DNA of 45,068 nucleotides, taken from the sequence record DRR378314_1174. One strand, written 5' to 3'. The translations under genes were made by a program, and so were the position numbers. The notes beneath the pieces were generated by a model. That model searched no databases. It worked only from the letters and a program-made list of their open reading frames with translations, and had not been told where the DNA came from. Shown piece after piece: positions 1 through 9,722 of the stretch (positions are counted from its first letter, which is position 1; each line of letters starts with the position of its first letter).

Positions 1-25
1 ATCCTTCGACTTCGCTCAGGATGAG
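1..25. repeat. Arm of a REP-like palindromic intergenic repeat (partner arm probably outside the window)
   Basis: ATCCTTCGACTTCGCTCAGGATGAG just past the hemB stop; resembles the TCCTGAGC..GTCGAAGGA repeat family of alphaproteobacteria (from recall). Confidence 0.6.
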
Positions 26-36
26 TCCGCGTAAGG

Positions 37-1035
<999 letters not shown>

Positions 1036-1065
1036 GCGAGTCTCAATGATGGAAAAACGGCGCGT

Positions 1066-1602
1066 CTACAACCAGCCAAGTTTACGCACCATGAAACAGC
1101 GTTTCGTGATGTCCAGATCCTGCGCCTGAATGCGTTCCAGTTCCAGCATCCACTCGGCCATGTCATTGCGCTTGATCTCGCGAAAGCCGTGGCGGGCATA
1201 GAAGGGGCCGTTCCACGGCAGGTCGCGGAAAGTGGAGAGCGTGATGCGGCGGATCTTGCGCTTCTTGGCCTCATCCACGACACGGCCCAGCAGCGCCGCG
1301 CCAAGCCCCTTGCGTCCGTGGTCCGGGTGAACGCTGATCTGGTCCAGATAGAGCGTGCCGCCCCGCGGGGAGACGAGCGCGAATCCCACCGGTTCGCCCT
1401 CGGCGGCGCGGACTGTGAACAGGTCGCCCGTGTCCGCGGCGTGGGTGAGCACTTCGGCGGGGACATGATCGCTCAGCGCCTCTTCAGACAGCAGGCCCGT
1501 GGGCGCAAACAGCGTGCTGGCGGCACAATCCACGTCGATCAGCGCGTCGACATCCGACGCGCGCGCGTCGTCGATTCCATATGCTGTGATGGCCTGTTGC
1601 AT
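1066..1602 (-). CDS. GNAT family N-acetyltransferase
   Basis: Acetyl-CoA motif VHPDHGRKGLG and WNGPFYARHGF; start could be TTG at 1626. Confidence 0.88.
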   Translation of the reverse strand: MQQAITAYGIDDARASDVDALIDVDCAASTLFAPTGLLSEEALSDHVPAEVLTHAADTGDLFTVRAAEGEPVGFALVSPRGGTLYLDQISVHPDHGRKGLGAALLGRVVDEAKKRKIRRITLSTFRDLPWNGPFYARHGFREIKRNDMAEWMLELERIQAQDLDITKRCFMVRKLGWL

Positions 1603-1668
1603 TGACTTTATGTGCCGCTCAATCAATTCCGTTTGAAACTTATTAAGCGAAAAAACGAGTCATTAACA

Positions 1669-2808
1669 ATGAGTGCTTTGTTTTCCGACGAACAATTGAT
1701 GATCCAGGACATGGCCCGGAAGTTCGGAGAGGCGCAATTGCTGCCCCATTCCGAGGCCTGGGACCGCGACAGCCATTTTCCTGTGGATGTGATCAAACAG
1801 GCCGCAGAACTTGGTTTTGCGGGCATCTATGTGTCGGAAGATGTGGGCGGCAGCGCGCTGACGCGCACCGATGCGGCGCTGATCTTCGAACAGCTTTCCT
1901 ATGGGGATGTGTCCACGGCGGCGTTCATCTCGATCCACAACATGGCGAGCTGGATGATCGACACGTTCGGCTCTGATGCGCAGCGTCAGGCCTGGTTGCC
2001 GCGGCTGACCTCGATGGAGCTGATCGCGTCTTACTGCCTGACAGAACCGGGCGCAGGCTCTGACGCCGCCAGCCTGAAGACGCGGGCGGTGCGCGAGGGC
2101 GCCGACTATGTCATCACAGGCACGAAGCAGTTCATCTCCGGCGCGGGCACGTCCGATGTCTATGTGCTGATGGCGCGCACCTCGGATGATGGGGCGAAGG
2201 GTGTTTCCACTTTCATCATCGAGAAGGACACGCCCGGCCTCAGCTTTGGCGCGAATGAGCGCAAGATGGGATGGAAGAACCAGCCGACCGCGCAAGTCAT
2301 TCTGGATGGCGTGCGCGTGCCAGCCGCAAACCGGATTGGCGAGGAAGGCCACGGTTTCCGTTTTGCGATGGCCGGGTTGGATGGCGGTCGGCTGAATATC
2401 GCCGCCTGCGCGCTGGGCGGGGCGCAATTGGCCCTCGACAAGGCGGTCGCCTATGCCAAGGAGCGTGAGCAGTTCGGCAAGCCGATTGCGAGCTTTCAGA
2501 ACACGGCGTTCAAACTGGCAGATATGGAGACCGAGCTGCAGGCCGCGCGGGTGATGCTGTATGAGGCTGCCGGGCGGTTGGACCGAAAGGCGCCGGATGC
2601 GACGCGCTGGTGCGCGATGGCGAAACGCTTCGTGACAGACACGGCGTTCAAGGTGGCCAATGACGCGCTGCAGATTCATGGCGGCTATGGCTATCTGGCC
2701 GATTATGGCGTGGAGCGGATTGTGCGGGACCTGCGCGTTCACCAGATCCTGGAAGGCACGAACGAGATCATGCGCGTCATCATCTCGCGGGACATGCTGA
2801 AGGACTAG
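1669..2808 (+). CDS. Acyl-CoA dehydrogenase, isobutyryl-CoA dehydrogenase-like
   Basis: SYCLTEPGAGSDA, GTKQFISG, QIHGGYGY, RVHQILEGTNEIMR; ATG at 1669. Confidence 0.92.
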   Translation: MSALFSDEQLMIQDMARKFGEAQLLPHSEAWDRDSHFPVDVIKQAAELGFAGIYVSEDVGGSALTRTDAALIFEQLSYGDVSTAAFISIHNMASWMIDTFGSDAQRQAWLPRLTSMELIASYCLTEPGAGSDAASLKTRAVREGADYVITGTKQFISGAGTSDVYVLMARTSDDGAKGVSTFIIEKDTPGLSFGANERKMGWKNQPTAQVILDGVRVPAANRIGEEGHGFRFAMAGLDGGRLNIAACALGGAQLALDKAVAYAKEREQFGKPIASFQNTAFKLADMETELQAARVMLYEAAGRLDRKAPDATRWCAMAKRFVTDTAFKVANDALQIHGGYGYLADYGVERIVRDLRVHQILEGTNEIMRVIISRDMLKD

Positions 2809-2812
2809 GCCT

Positions 2813-2830
2813 TTCGGGCAATTTCCCGAA
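2813..2830. other. Short stem-loop after the acyl-CoA dehydrogenase stop
   Basis: TTCGGG-caattt-CCCGAA perfect inverted repeat, no U-tract. Confidence 0.35.
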
Positions 2831-2956
2831 CATTACCGATATTTATAGCGTTTTCGCGTGTGCGGAGCCTGAATTCATGCCGTCCGTGTCTGGACAAGGC
2901 GCGGTGGCTGCGGTGTTCTTGAGTCTTGGTAGAGTGCAGGAACAGGAGGGGCCGCA

Positions 2957-3430
2957 ATGCGTATGGTCCGTAAGCTGTCGGTTGTGGCCGGATTTACAGT
3001 GCTGGGCGCGTGCGCCAGTGCGCCGCCCAATCTGAATGACAATCAAATCGTCCGGGGTGAGCGCGTCGGAGAGGTCGAGTTGGGCATGAGCCTGATCGAG
3101 CTGTTTGCCGTGAAGGGCGCGCCGCGCCACACGACGCCCATCGAAGGCACGCGAGCGACGACCTACACCTATGACGGCCTCGTCATCGCAGCGGATGAAA
3201 AGGTCTATTGGATCATCGCGCGTGACCCGCGCTATCGCACGGATATAGGTGTCGGGACCGGCGCGGAGCAGATTCTGGCGCGCGGGGCCTATGGCAAGCC
3301 GAAATGCGTTGTCACCAAGGGCGATGAAACGCTTTACGACTACAGCGACATCTATTTCGGCGTCGACAACAACAGCGGCAAGGTGACAAAAGTCGGCATC
3401 ATGCGCGATACGCAGACCTGTGATGGCTGA
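2957..3430 (+). CDS. Hypothetical lipoprotein
   Basis: AGGAGG RBS; lipobox VLGAC; two similar halves (LGMSLIELFAVKGAP / VGTGAEQILARGAYGKP). Confidence 0.75.
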   Translation: MRMVRKLSVVAGFTVLGACASAPPNLNDNQIVRGERVGEVELGMSLIELFAVKGAPRHTTPIEGTRATTYTYDGLVIAADEKVYWIIARDPRYRTDIGVGTGAEQILARGAYGKPKCVVTKGDETLYDYSDIYFGVDNNSGKVTKVGIMRDTQTCDG

Positions 3431-3539
3431 ACTGGCGTGCTGACGCACCTCTGCGCCTGAATCCTCGAAAGCGATTGAACCCTGCCACGATCTGCGGCAG
3501 CCTGCAGGCCGAGACTTGGCGGATTGGAAGAGGTGTCGC

Positions 3540-6047
3540 GTGCGGGGATTGAAGGGAATTGGTTTGGCGCTGGTTGCGGCGCTGTTTGTGCCGTTTGCGT
3601 GGGCGCAGACGGGCGATTGGTCGGAAGAGACCGCGGCGCTGGCCTACAAGGACGGCTTTGTTGACCTTTACCTCGATGCGGAAGGCGGGCGCGTGCTGGT
3701 CGCGCTACCTAAGCCTGATGAAGACGGCGTATCCCTTCGCGCCATTCAGGCGACGGGGCTGACGGCGGGCCTCGGGTCCAATCCGATCGGCCTTGACCGG
3801 GGGCGCGCCAATGGCGGCGAGATCGTGGCCTTCCGCAAGGTTGGTGAGAAGATCGTCGCGGAGATCGAGAACTGGGCCTATCGCGCGAGCGCGGACAATC
3901 CGCTGGAGCGCAAGGCGGTGCGGGATTCCTTTGCGCGGAGTTTTGTCTGGTCGGGTGAGATCCTCGGCACCGGGCCTGAGGGCGAATTGCTGGTGGACCT
4001 GTCGACCTATCTGACGCGCGACACGATGGATGTGCGCGCCACACTGAAGCAACACCCCAAGGGCGGCGCGTTTCAGGTGTCAAAGGATCTGTCCATGCCG
4101 GATGTGTCGGCTGCGCTGGCCTTTCCCGATAATGTCGAGTTAGACGCCTTCCTGACGCTGACCAGTGATGAACCAAAAGCAGAAGTCTGGGCGACGGCGG
4201 CGGATGCGCGGTCCGTGACCCTTGTGCAGCACACCTCGCTCGTGCGCTTGCCGGATGATGGCTATACGCCGCGCATGTTCGATCCGCGCAGCGGCGCGAT
4301 TGATGTCGGCTATTATGATTTCTCTGCGCCACTGATCGGGCAGGTCGGCCAGTCCTTTGCGCGCCGGTTTCGCCTGCAGAAACAGGACCCGACCGCAGAG
4401 TTCAGCCCGGCGAAAGAGCCGATCGTCTTCTATGTCGACTCAGGGGCACCGCAGGAAATCCGCGACGCTCTGATTGAGGGGGCGTCCTGGTGGGCCGACG
4501 CGTTTGAAGCGGCGGGCTTCCCCGATTCCTACCGTGTTGAAGTGCTTCCAGAGGGCGCGCATCCATTGGACGTGCGTTACAATGTGATCCAGTGGGTGCA
4601 CCGCCAGACGCGTGGCTGGTCCTATGGGGGCGGCCTGACCGATCCGCGTACGGGCGAAATGCTGAAGGCAAACGTTATTCTCGGCAGTCAGCGCGTGCGG
4701 CAGGACCGCATGATCTTCGAAGGTCTTGCTGGCGCGGAAAAGACCGGCACAGGTGAGGCGAATGATCCCGTACAAATTGCACTATCACGCATTCGGCAAC
4801 TGTCGGCGCATGAGGTGGGCCATACGCTCGGCTTCGCGCATAATTTCGCGGCGTCGTCGAATGATCGCGCTTCGGTGATGGATTATCCCGCGCCATTCGT
4901 GCGCGTCGGGCAGGGCGGTGATCTCGATTTCTCCGCTGCCTATGATGTGGGTATCGGTGAGTGGGACAAGGTTACCACGATGTGGCTCTATCGGCAGTAT
5001 CCGGAAGGTGTCGACGAGAATGCGGCGGGGGACGCCCTGCTTGAGTCCGCACGCGCCAGCGGGCTGCGCTATATTGATGATCCGCAAGGGCGCGGCGTCG
5101 GTACGGCGCATCCCTATGCCAGCGTTTGGGACAATGGCGCAGACCCCGTCGCGTCGTTGTTGAATGTGATGCAGGTGCGCGATGTCGCACTGGAAAACTT
5201 CGGTTTGAACGTGTTGCAGTCCGGGGAGCCGACCTCACGCCTGCGCGCGGTGATCGTGCCGATCTACCTTTACCATCGGTATCAGGTGAATGCGGCCGCC
5301 AAGATGATTGGCGGGTATGAGTTCCATTATGCCGAAACCGGTGAGGCGGATGCCGCCGGTGCGCCGGTCCCGGCCAGTCAGCAACGCGCAGCGCTGGATG
5401 CGCTGGTGGCGACGCTCGACCCAGCGGTGCTGGACCTGCCGAACGATACGCTCGACCTGTTGACGCCGCCACTTGTGTCTTTCCGGGGCGCGGGTGCGGG
5501 GGCCGAGTATTTCCCGGGCGAGACAGGCGCGATGTTCGACCTGCTGACGGCAGCGGATACGTCCGCGTCGCAGACTCTGAGTGCGCTCTTTCATCCCCAG
5601 CGTGTCGCTCGCCTGATTGAAACGCAGCGACGAGATGCGGATGCGCTTGGCTATGGCGAGGTTCTTGCCAAGGTCGAGGCGACGCTGTTCGCTGGTGCGG
5701 AGACACCAAGACAAGCGGGCATTCTCCACCGCGAGCAAATCCGCTATGTTTCTACCCTGATTGAACTGTCTGCATCATCAGCAGCGACGCCCGAGGCGGT
5801 AGCTCAGACAAATGCGTATCTGAGTTCGCTGAAAGACCGACTCTCGAAACGCCAGCGCCGGATGGCGGCCAGCGACACTGCTGTGCGCGCTGAGCTTTCC
5901 CGTCGTATCGCGGCGCATCTGGATCGGCCGTCACCTGCTGCGTTGCCGTCGTCGTCAGCGGTGGACATTCCGCCGGGCAGCCCGATTGGGGCTGGCAATG
6001 CGGAATCGTGCTGGCATTGCGATACGCTGCTTGGGCCTCTCCAGTGA
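3540..6047 (+). CDS. Exported zinc-dependent metalloprotease (metzincin; DUF5117/DUF4953, EcxA-like)
   Basis: Signal peptide (AWA), HEVGHTLGFAH zinc motif, SVMDY Met-turn, DPRTGE motif; GTG start at 3540 inferred. Confidence 0.9.
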   Translation: MRGLKGIGLALVAALFVPFAWAQTGDWSEETAALAYKDGFVDLYLDAEGGRVLVALPKPDEDGVSLRAIQATGLTAGLGSNPIGLDRGRANGGEIVAFRKVGEKIVAEIENWAYRASADNPLERKAVRDSFARSFVWSGEILGTGPEGELLVDLSTYLTRDTMDVRATLKQHPKGGAFQVSKDLSMPDVSAALAFPDNVELDAFLTLTSDEPKAEVWATAADARSVTLVQHTSLVRLPDDGYTPRMFDPRSGAIDVGYYDFSAPLIGQVGQSFARRFRLQKQDPTAEFSPAKEPIVFYVDSGAPQEIRDALIEGASWWADAFEAAGFPDSYRVEVLPEGAHPLDVRYNVIQWVHRQTRGWSYGGGLTDPRTGEMLKANVILGSQRVRQDRMIFEGLAGAEKTGTGEANDPVQIALSRIRQLSAHEVGHTLGFAHNFAASSNDRASVMDYPAPFVRVGQGGDLDFSAAYDVGIGEWDKVTTMWLYRQYPEGVDENAAGDALLESARASGLRYIDDPQGRGVGTAHPYASVWDNGADPVASLLNVMQVRDVALENFGLNVLQSGEPTSRLRAVIVPIYLYHRYQVNAAAKMIGGYEFHYAETGEADAAGAPVPASQQRAALDALVATLDPAVLDLPNDTLDLLTPPLVSFRGAGAGAEYFPGETGAMFDLLTAADTSASQTLSALFHPQRVARLIETQRRDADALGYGEVLAKVEATLFAGAETPRQAGILHREQIRYVSTLIELSASSAATPEAVAQTNAYLSSLKDRLSKRQRRMAASDTAVRAELSRRIAAHLDRPSPAALPSSSAVDIPPGSPIGAGNAESCWHCDTLLGPLQ

Positions 6048-6134
6048 TGCTTCCCTTGCGGAAGGCGTTTCCCGTTTTGGTGCGCCGCTGTAAACTTCCC
6101 GTATAGAGGCCAAAAGGCCCGATGGGAGGAAAGC

Positions 6135-6974
6135 ATGAATATCGAGGAACTGCCCGGCGTCGGCGCAGAGATTATTGGCGTCGATCTGCGTCGTCTCACC
6201 GAACATGAATTCGAGAATATCCGCACAGCCTATGCAGAGCATGGGGTGATCTTCTTCCGCGATCAGGAGCTGTCCGAGCGGGACCATATCCGGTTTGCCG
6301 AGCGCTGGGCTCCGATCAATGTGAATCGGTTCTTCGCAGCCCACCCCGAACATCGGCAGATCGCGATGGTGGTGAAAGAGAAAGACCAGAAAGACAATAT
6401 CGGTGGCGGTTGGCACACGGATCACTCTTATGATGTCGAGCCGGCGATGGGTTCGATCCTCGTTGCGCGTGACCTGCCAGAGACCGGCGGGGACACGTTC
6501 TTTGCCAGCATGTACCGCGCCTATGATGCCCTGGACGAGGATATGAAAACGCGTCTGAAAGGCATGAGAGCCGTTCATTCTGCGCATCATATCTTCGGGA
6601 CCGGAAGGGAGACCTATTACAACACAACCGATGCGGGCGGGAACCGGATTGGCAATGCGGCGGCCGCAGATGTGCTGGAAGACGTGACGCATCCCATCGT
6701 GATTACGCACCCGCTCAGCGGCAAGAAGGCGCTCTACGTCAATCCAGCCTTCACGACCGGTATCGTCGGCATGACGCAAGAGGAATCGAAGGAACTACTC
6801 TCCACACTCTACGCGCATGCGATGCAGCAGGAATTTGCGCATCGGTTCAAATGGCAGCCCGGATCGGTTGCGTTCTGGGACAATCGCGCGACCTGGCACT
6901 GGGCCCTCAATGATTATCACGGCCAGCGGCGCGTCATGCATCGCATCACGCTGGAAGGCTGTGCTCTGCATTGA
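6135..6974 (+). CDS. TauD/TfdA family Fe(II)/2-oxoglutarate dioxygenase
   Basis: WHTDHSY (HxD), GGDTFFA, WDNRATWH, RVMHR. Confidence 0.93.
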   Translation: MNIEELPGVGAEIIGVDLRRLTEHEFENIRTAYAEHGVIFFRDQELSERDHIRFAERWAPINVNRFFAAHPEHRQIAMVVKEKDQKDNIGGGWHTDHSYDVEPAMGSILVARDLPETGGDTFFASMYRAYDALDEDMKTRLKGMRAVHSAHHIFGTGRETYYNTTDAGGNRIGNAAAADVLEDVTHPIVITHPLSGKKALYVNPAFTTGIVGMTQEESKELLSTLYAHAMQQEFAHRFKWQPGSVAFWDNRATWHWALNDYHGQRRVMHRITLEGCALH

Positions 6975-7063
6975 CTCTGCGCTGACAGGAGCCTTCGCTC
7001 CGGGCTTGATCGGCGGCCCGACGCCTGTAGGGGTAGTGCCGCAGATACGAGACCAGCCAGGGC

Positions 7064-7081
7064 TGGCGGAGACGAAGGGAT
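7064..7081 (-). other. tRNA-Ser-like 3' terminal fragment (possible att or repeat remnant)
   Basis: Minus strand reads ATCCCTT-CGTCTCC-G-CCA: T-arm 3' side, acceptor strand, G discriminator, CCA; no 5' tRNA body. Confidence 0.4.
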
Positions 7082-7086
7082 AAAGT

Positions 7087-8151
7087 ATGTCGAATGAGGT
7101 ATCGGTCAGCGTCCATCGCGGCGTGGGCCGCATCACGCTGACGCGTCCGAAGGCGCTGCATGCGCTGAATGCGCCAATGTGCGAGACAATTCTGGCGGCG
7201 CTGGAGCGCTGGGCCGACGATCCGACTGTCTATCTTGTGATGATTGATCATGAAGCCGATACGCGTGGCTTCTGCGCAGGCGGCGATATTCGTATGCTGG
7301 CCGAAAGCGGCGCCGGCGATGCCAGCGAGGCGCGTGCCTTTTTCAACGTCGAGTATCGCATGAACGCCGCGCTGAAGACGTTCCCGAAGCCTGTGCTGGC
7401 CATCATGGATGGCGTGACCATGGGTGGAGGCGTCGGCTTGTCTGTGCATGGCTCGCACCGCGTGGCGACCGAGCGCACCCTGTTTGCCATGCCCGAAACC
7501 GGAATTGGCCTGTTTCCTGATGTCGGGGGTGGTTGGTTCCTGCCGCGCCTGTCCGGCGAACTCGGTACCTGGCTGGCGCTGACCGGCGCGCGCCTCAAGG
7601 GCAGTGACGTCGCCGCGGCGCGCGTTGCGACGCACTATTTGCCATCGGAACTGATTACGAACCTGAAGAAGCAGATAGACGCCGCCGATTTCTCAGTCGG
7701 CGCTGCCGAGATGCTGAACGAGATCCTGCGCGGGCTGACCCATGCTGTGCCGCCCGGCAGTTTCGAGGCGCACCGTGATGTCATCGATACATGTTTTGCC
7801 AAGGACACTGCCGAAGAGATTGTTGCAGCGCTTGAGGCCCATGGCGATGACTGGGCCGCCGAGCAGGTCTCCACGCTGCGCACGAAATCCCCGGAGACCG
7901 TGAAGGTTGCGCTACGCCAGGTACGTGAAGGCGGCAAGATGGCGACATTCGAAGACAATATGCGCATGGAATACCGTATCGGGTGGCGCAAGGTGCAAAG
8001 CCATGACTTCCTTGAGGGCGTGCGCGCCGTGATCATCGACAAGGACAATGACCCGAAATGGCGGCCTTCACGGCTCGAAGATGTCAGCGACGAAGACATC
8101 GTCAAGTATTTCGAGCCGCTTGGCCCCGATGAATTGACCTTCGGGGATTGA
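7087..8151 (+). CDS. 3-hydroxyisobutyryl-CoA hydrolase-like enoyl-CoA hydratase/isomerase
   Basis: RPKALHALN, FCAGGDI, MDGVTMGGGVG, MPETGIGLFPDVG, DFLEGVRAVIIDKD. Confidence 0.93.
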   Translation: MSNEVSVSVHRGVGRITLTRPKALHALNAPMCETILAALERWADDPTVYLVMIDHEADTRGFCAGGDIRMLAESGAGDASEARAFFNVEYRMNAALKTFPKPVLAIMDGVTMGGGVGLSVHGSHRVATERTLFAMPETGIGLFPDVGGGWFLPRLSGELGTWLALTGARLKGSDVAAARVATHYLPSELITNLKKQIDAADFSVGAAEMLNEILRGLTHAVPPGSFEAHRDVIDTCFAKDTAEEIVAALEAHGDDWAAEQVSTLRTKSPETVKVALRQVREGGKMATFEDNMRMEYRIGWRKVQSHDFLEGVRAVIIDKDNDPKWRPSRLEDVSDEDIVKYFEPLGPDELTFGD

Positions 8152-8210
8152 GCTTTACCGCCGGGTCAGAGTACTCACACTTCTGGGTAAATGGCTGATC
8201 AGGAGTGACC

Positions 8211-8918
8211 ATGCGCGGGCAAGTATTGAAAGCAGACACGGCTGACGGGCTCGGCATCATCCTTGGTGATGATGGCCAGCGCTATCGCTTCTCGCAGGCG
8301 CAGGTCCGTGACGAAAGCCGATTGGCTCAAGGCCATGTGGTGGATTTCATTGGCATGGGAGATGAAGCGCGCGACATCTACATGCTGAAGGCGGCGGCTG
8401 ATGCACCTGCGCCAGCCGCTTCGGCGCCTCAACCGGCGGCGCCCGCGACATATGCCGCGCCAGCCTATGCTCACACACCGGCAGTGAAGAGTGACGGCAT
8501 CTGGACTTATTTCCTGAGAACTCTTTCGAAGAACTATTTCCAGTTCAATGGCCGCGCCCGCCGTCAGGAGTATTGGGGCTATATTCTCTTCTATCTACTT
8601 GCCTTCATTGTCGCGATTATTCTGGATACGATCCTGACACTCTCGATCTTTGGAATTGAAGATGCGGATGACGGTTACTTCCTGCCGCTCTTCACCGGGC
8701 TCTGGCTGCTCTACAACATCATTCCCGGCATCGCTGTAACCGTGCGGCGGTTTCACGACCAGGATCTGTCCGGTTGGATGTATCTGCTGAACTTCATTCC
8801 GTATGTCGGTGGCCTCGTCGTGTTTGTCTTCATGTTGATCGACAGCCGGGCCGAAGAGAATGTTCACGGCCTGAGCCCCAAATATCAGGGCCACAGCGCC
8901 GCAGACGCGTTCGCCTGA
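8211..8918 (+). CDS. DUF805 membrane protein with N-terminal cold-shock-like domain
   Basis: FNGRARRQEYW and VRRFHDQDLSGW DUF805 motifs; N-terminal MRGQV..GLGII..DDGQRYRF OB-like domain; AGGAG RBS. Confidence 0.85.
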   Translation: MRGQVLKADTADGLGIILGDDGQRYRFSQAQVRDESRLAQGHVVDFIGMGDEARDIYMLKAAADAPAPAASAPQPAAPATYAAPAYAHTPAVKSDGIWTYFLRTLSKNYFQFNGRARRQEYWGYILFYLLAFIVAIILDTILTLSIFGIEDADDGYFLPLFTGLWLLYNIIPGIAVTVRRFHDQDLSGWMYLLNFIPYVGGLVVFVFMLIDSRAEENVHGLSPKYQGHSAADAFA

Positions 8919-8959
8919 ACGAATACGCTTAATATTGGACATCGCAGGCCGGCCCAATT

Positions 8960-9087
8960 CGTTACGCAAAAGTAACGGTTAATGTATTCGGCCGTTTGTT
9001 AACCTTCTACTCTTGTAGAAAGGGTATGCTTATCAATTCATTAGGAATGATCATGTACTTCTACTCAAACTACAACAAAAGTTGAGT
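8960..9087 (+). promoter_or_regulatory. AT-rich regulatory region with several palindromes upstream of the ldtR-like gene
   Basis: CGTTAC-N6-GTAACG (8960-8977), TTCTAC-N4-GTAGAA (9005-9020), ACTCAA-N13-TTGAGT (9063-9087), two TTAACC half-sites. Confidence 0.55.
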
Positions 9088-9109
9088 GAATAATTGAGTG
9101 GTGGTGAAA

Positions 9110-9604
9110 ATGATGATTGCTGAAACGCAGGAAACTGCGAACTCTTCGTTGGGCGAATCTTTCCTGAAGTCTTTGTCTTTGCTTGAACAGGCGCACCGTC
9201 GTCTTCATGATGTTGTGAAGGACGATCTGGAGCGCGGTGGCGAACGGTCGCTGACAGGCGTTCAGGCGCTGCTGCTGTACGAAATTGGCGAAGGTGAAGC
9301 CCCGGCTTCCGTTCTGCGTGCCCGCGGTGCTTTTGCCGGAACAAGCCTGTCTTACAACGTCAAGAAGCTTCAGGAAGGCGGCTATCTGATCCAGACCCGC
9401 TCTGAGGATGACAAGCGCACCGTGACGCTGAGCCTTACCGAGCGCGGCCTGAAAGTGCGCAAGCGCGTAGAGGCCCTGTTTGAAAAGCAGGCTGGCGCGC
9501 TGGAGCCAACCGCCAGTGTCCGTCCGGATGACCTTTCGCAACTCAACAAGACCATTTCGCGCCTGGAGCGCTTCTGGTCTGACCAGATCCGTTTCCGCCT
9601 CTAA
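9110..9604 (+). CDS. ldtR: MarR family transcriptional regulator, LdtR-like
   Basis: HRRLHDVVKD, VQALLL, SYNVKKL, RS.DDKRTV and LERFWSDQIRFRL resemble rhizobial LdtR; start could be 9098. Confidence 0.8.
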   Translation: MMIAETQETANSSLGESFLKSLSLLEQAHRRLHDVVKDDLERGGERSLTGVQALLLYEIGEGEAPASVLRARGAFAGTSLSYNVKKLQEGGYLIQTRSEDDKRTVTLSLTERGLKVRKRVEALFEKQAGALEPTASVRPDDLSQLNKTISRLERFWSDQIRFRL

Positions 9605-9633
9605 GGCTCGGATCGAAGATACACTGACAAGAG

Positions 9634-9661
9634 CCCTCGCCTTGATCCGCGAGGGTTTTTT
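9634..9661 (+). terminator. Rho-independent terminator after ldtR
   Basis: CCCTCGC-cttgatcc-GCGAGGG followed by TTTTTT. Confidence 0.85.
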
Positions 9662-9722
9662 CATGCGCGCAACGAGAAAGAAAGTGGTTTTCAACCGGTG
9701 ATTTCTTGCTATTCCCAATTGA

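Noticed and set aside
1643..1666. Two TTAA boxes upstream of the acyl-CoA dehydrogenase as a CtrA site
   Set aside because: Spacing is 16 bp, not the 7 bp of a full CtrA box
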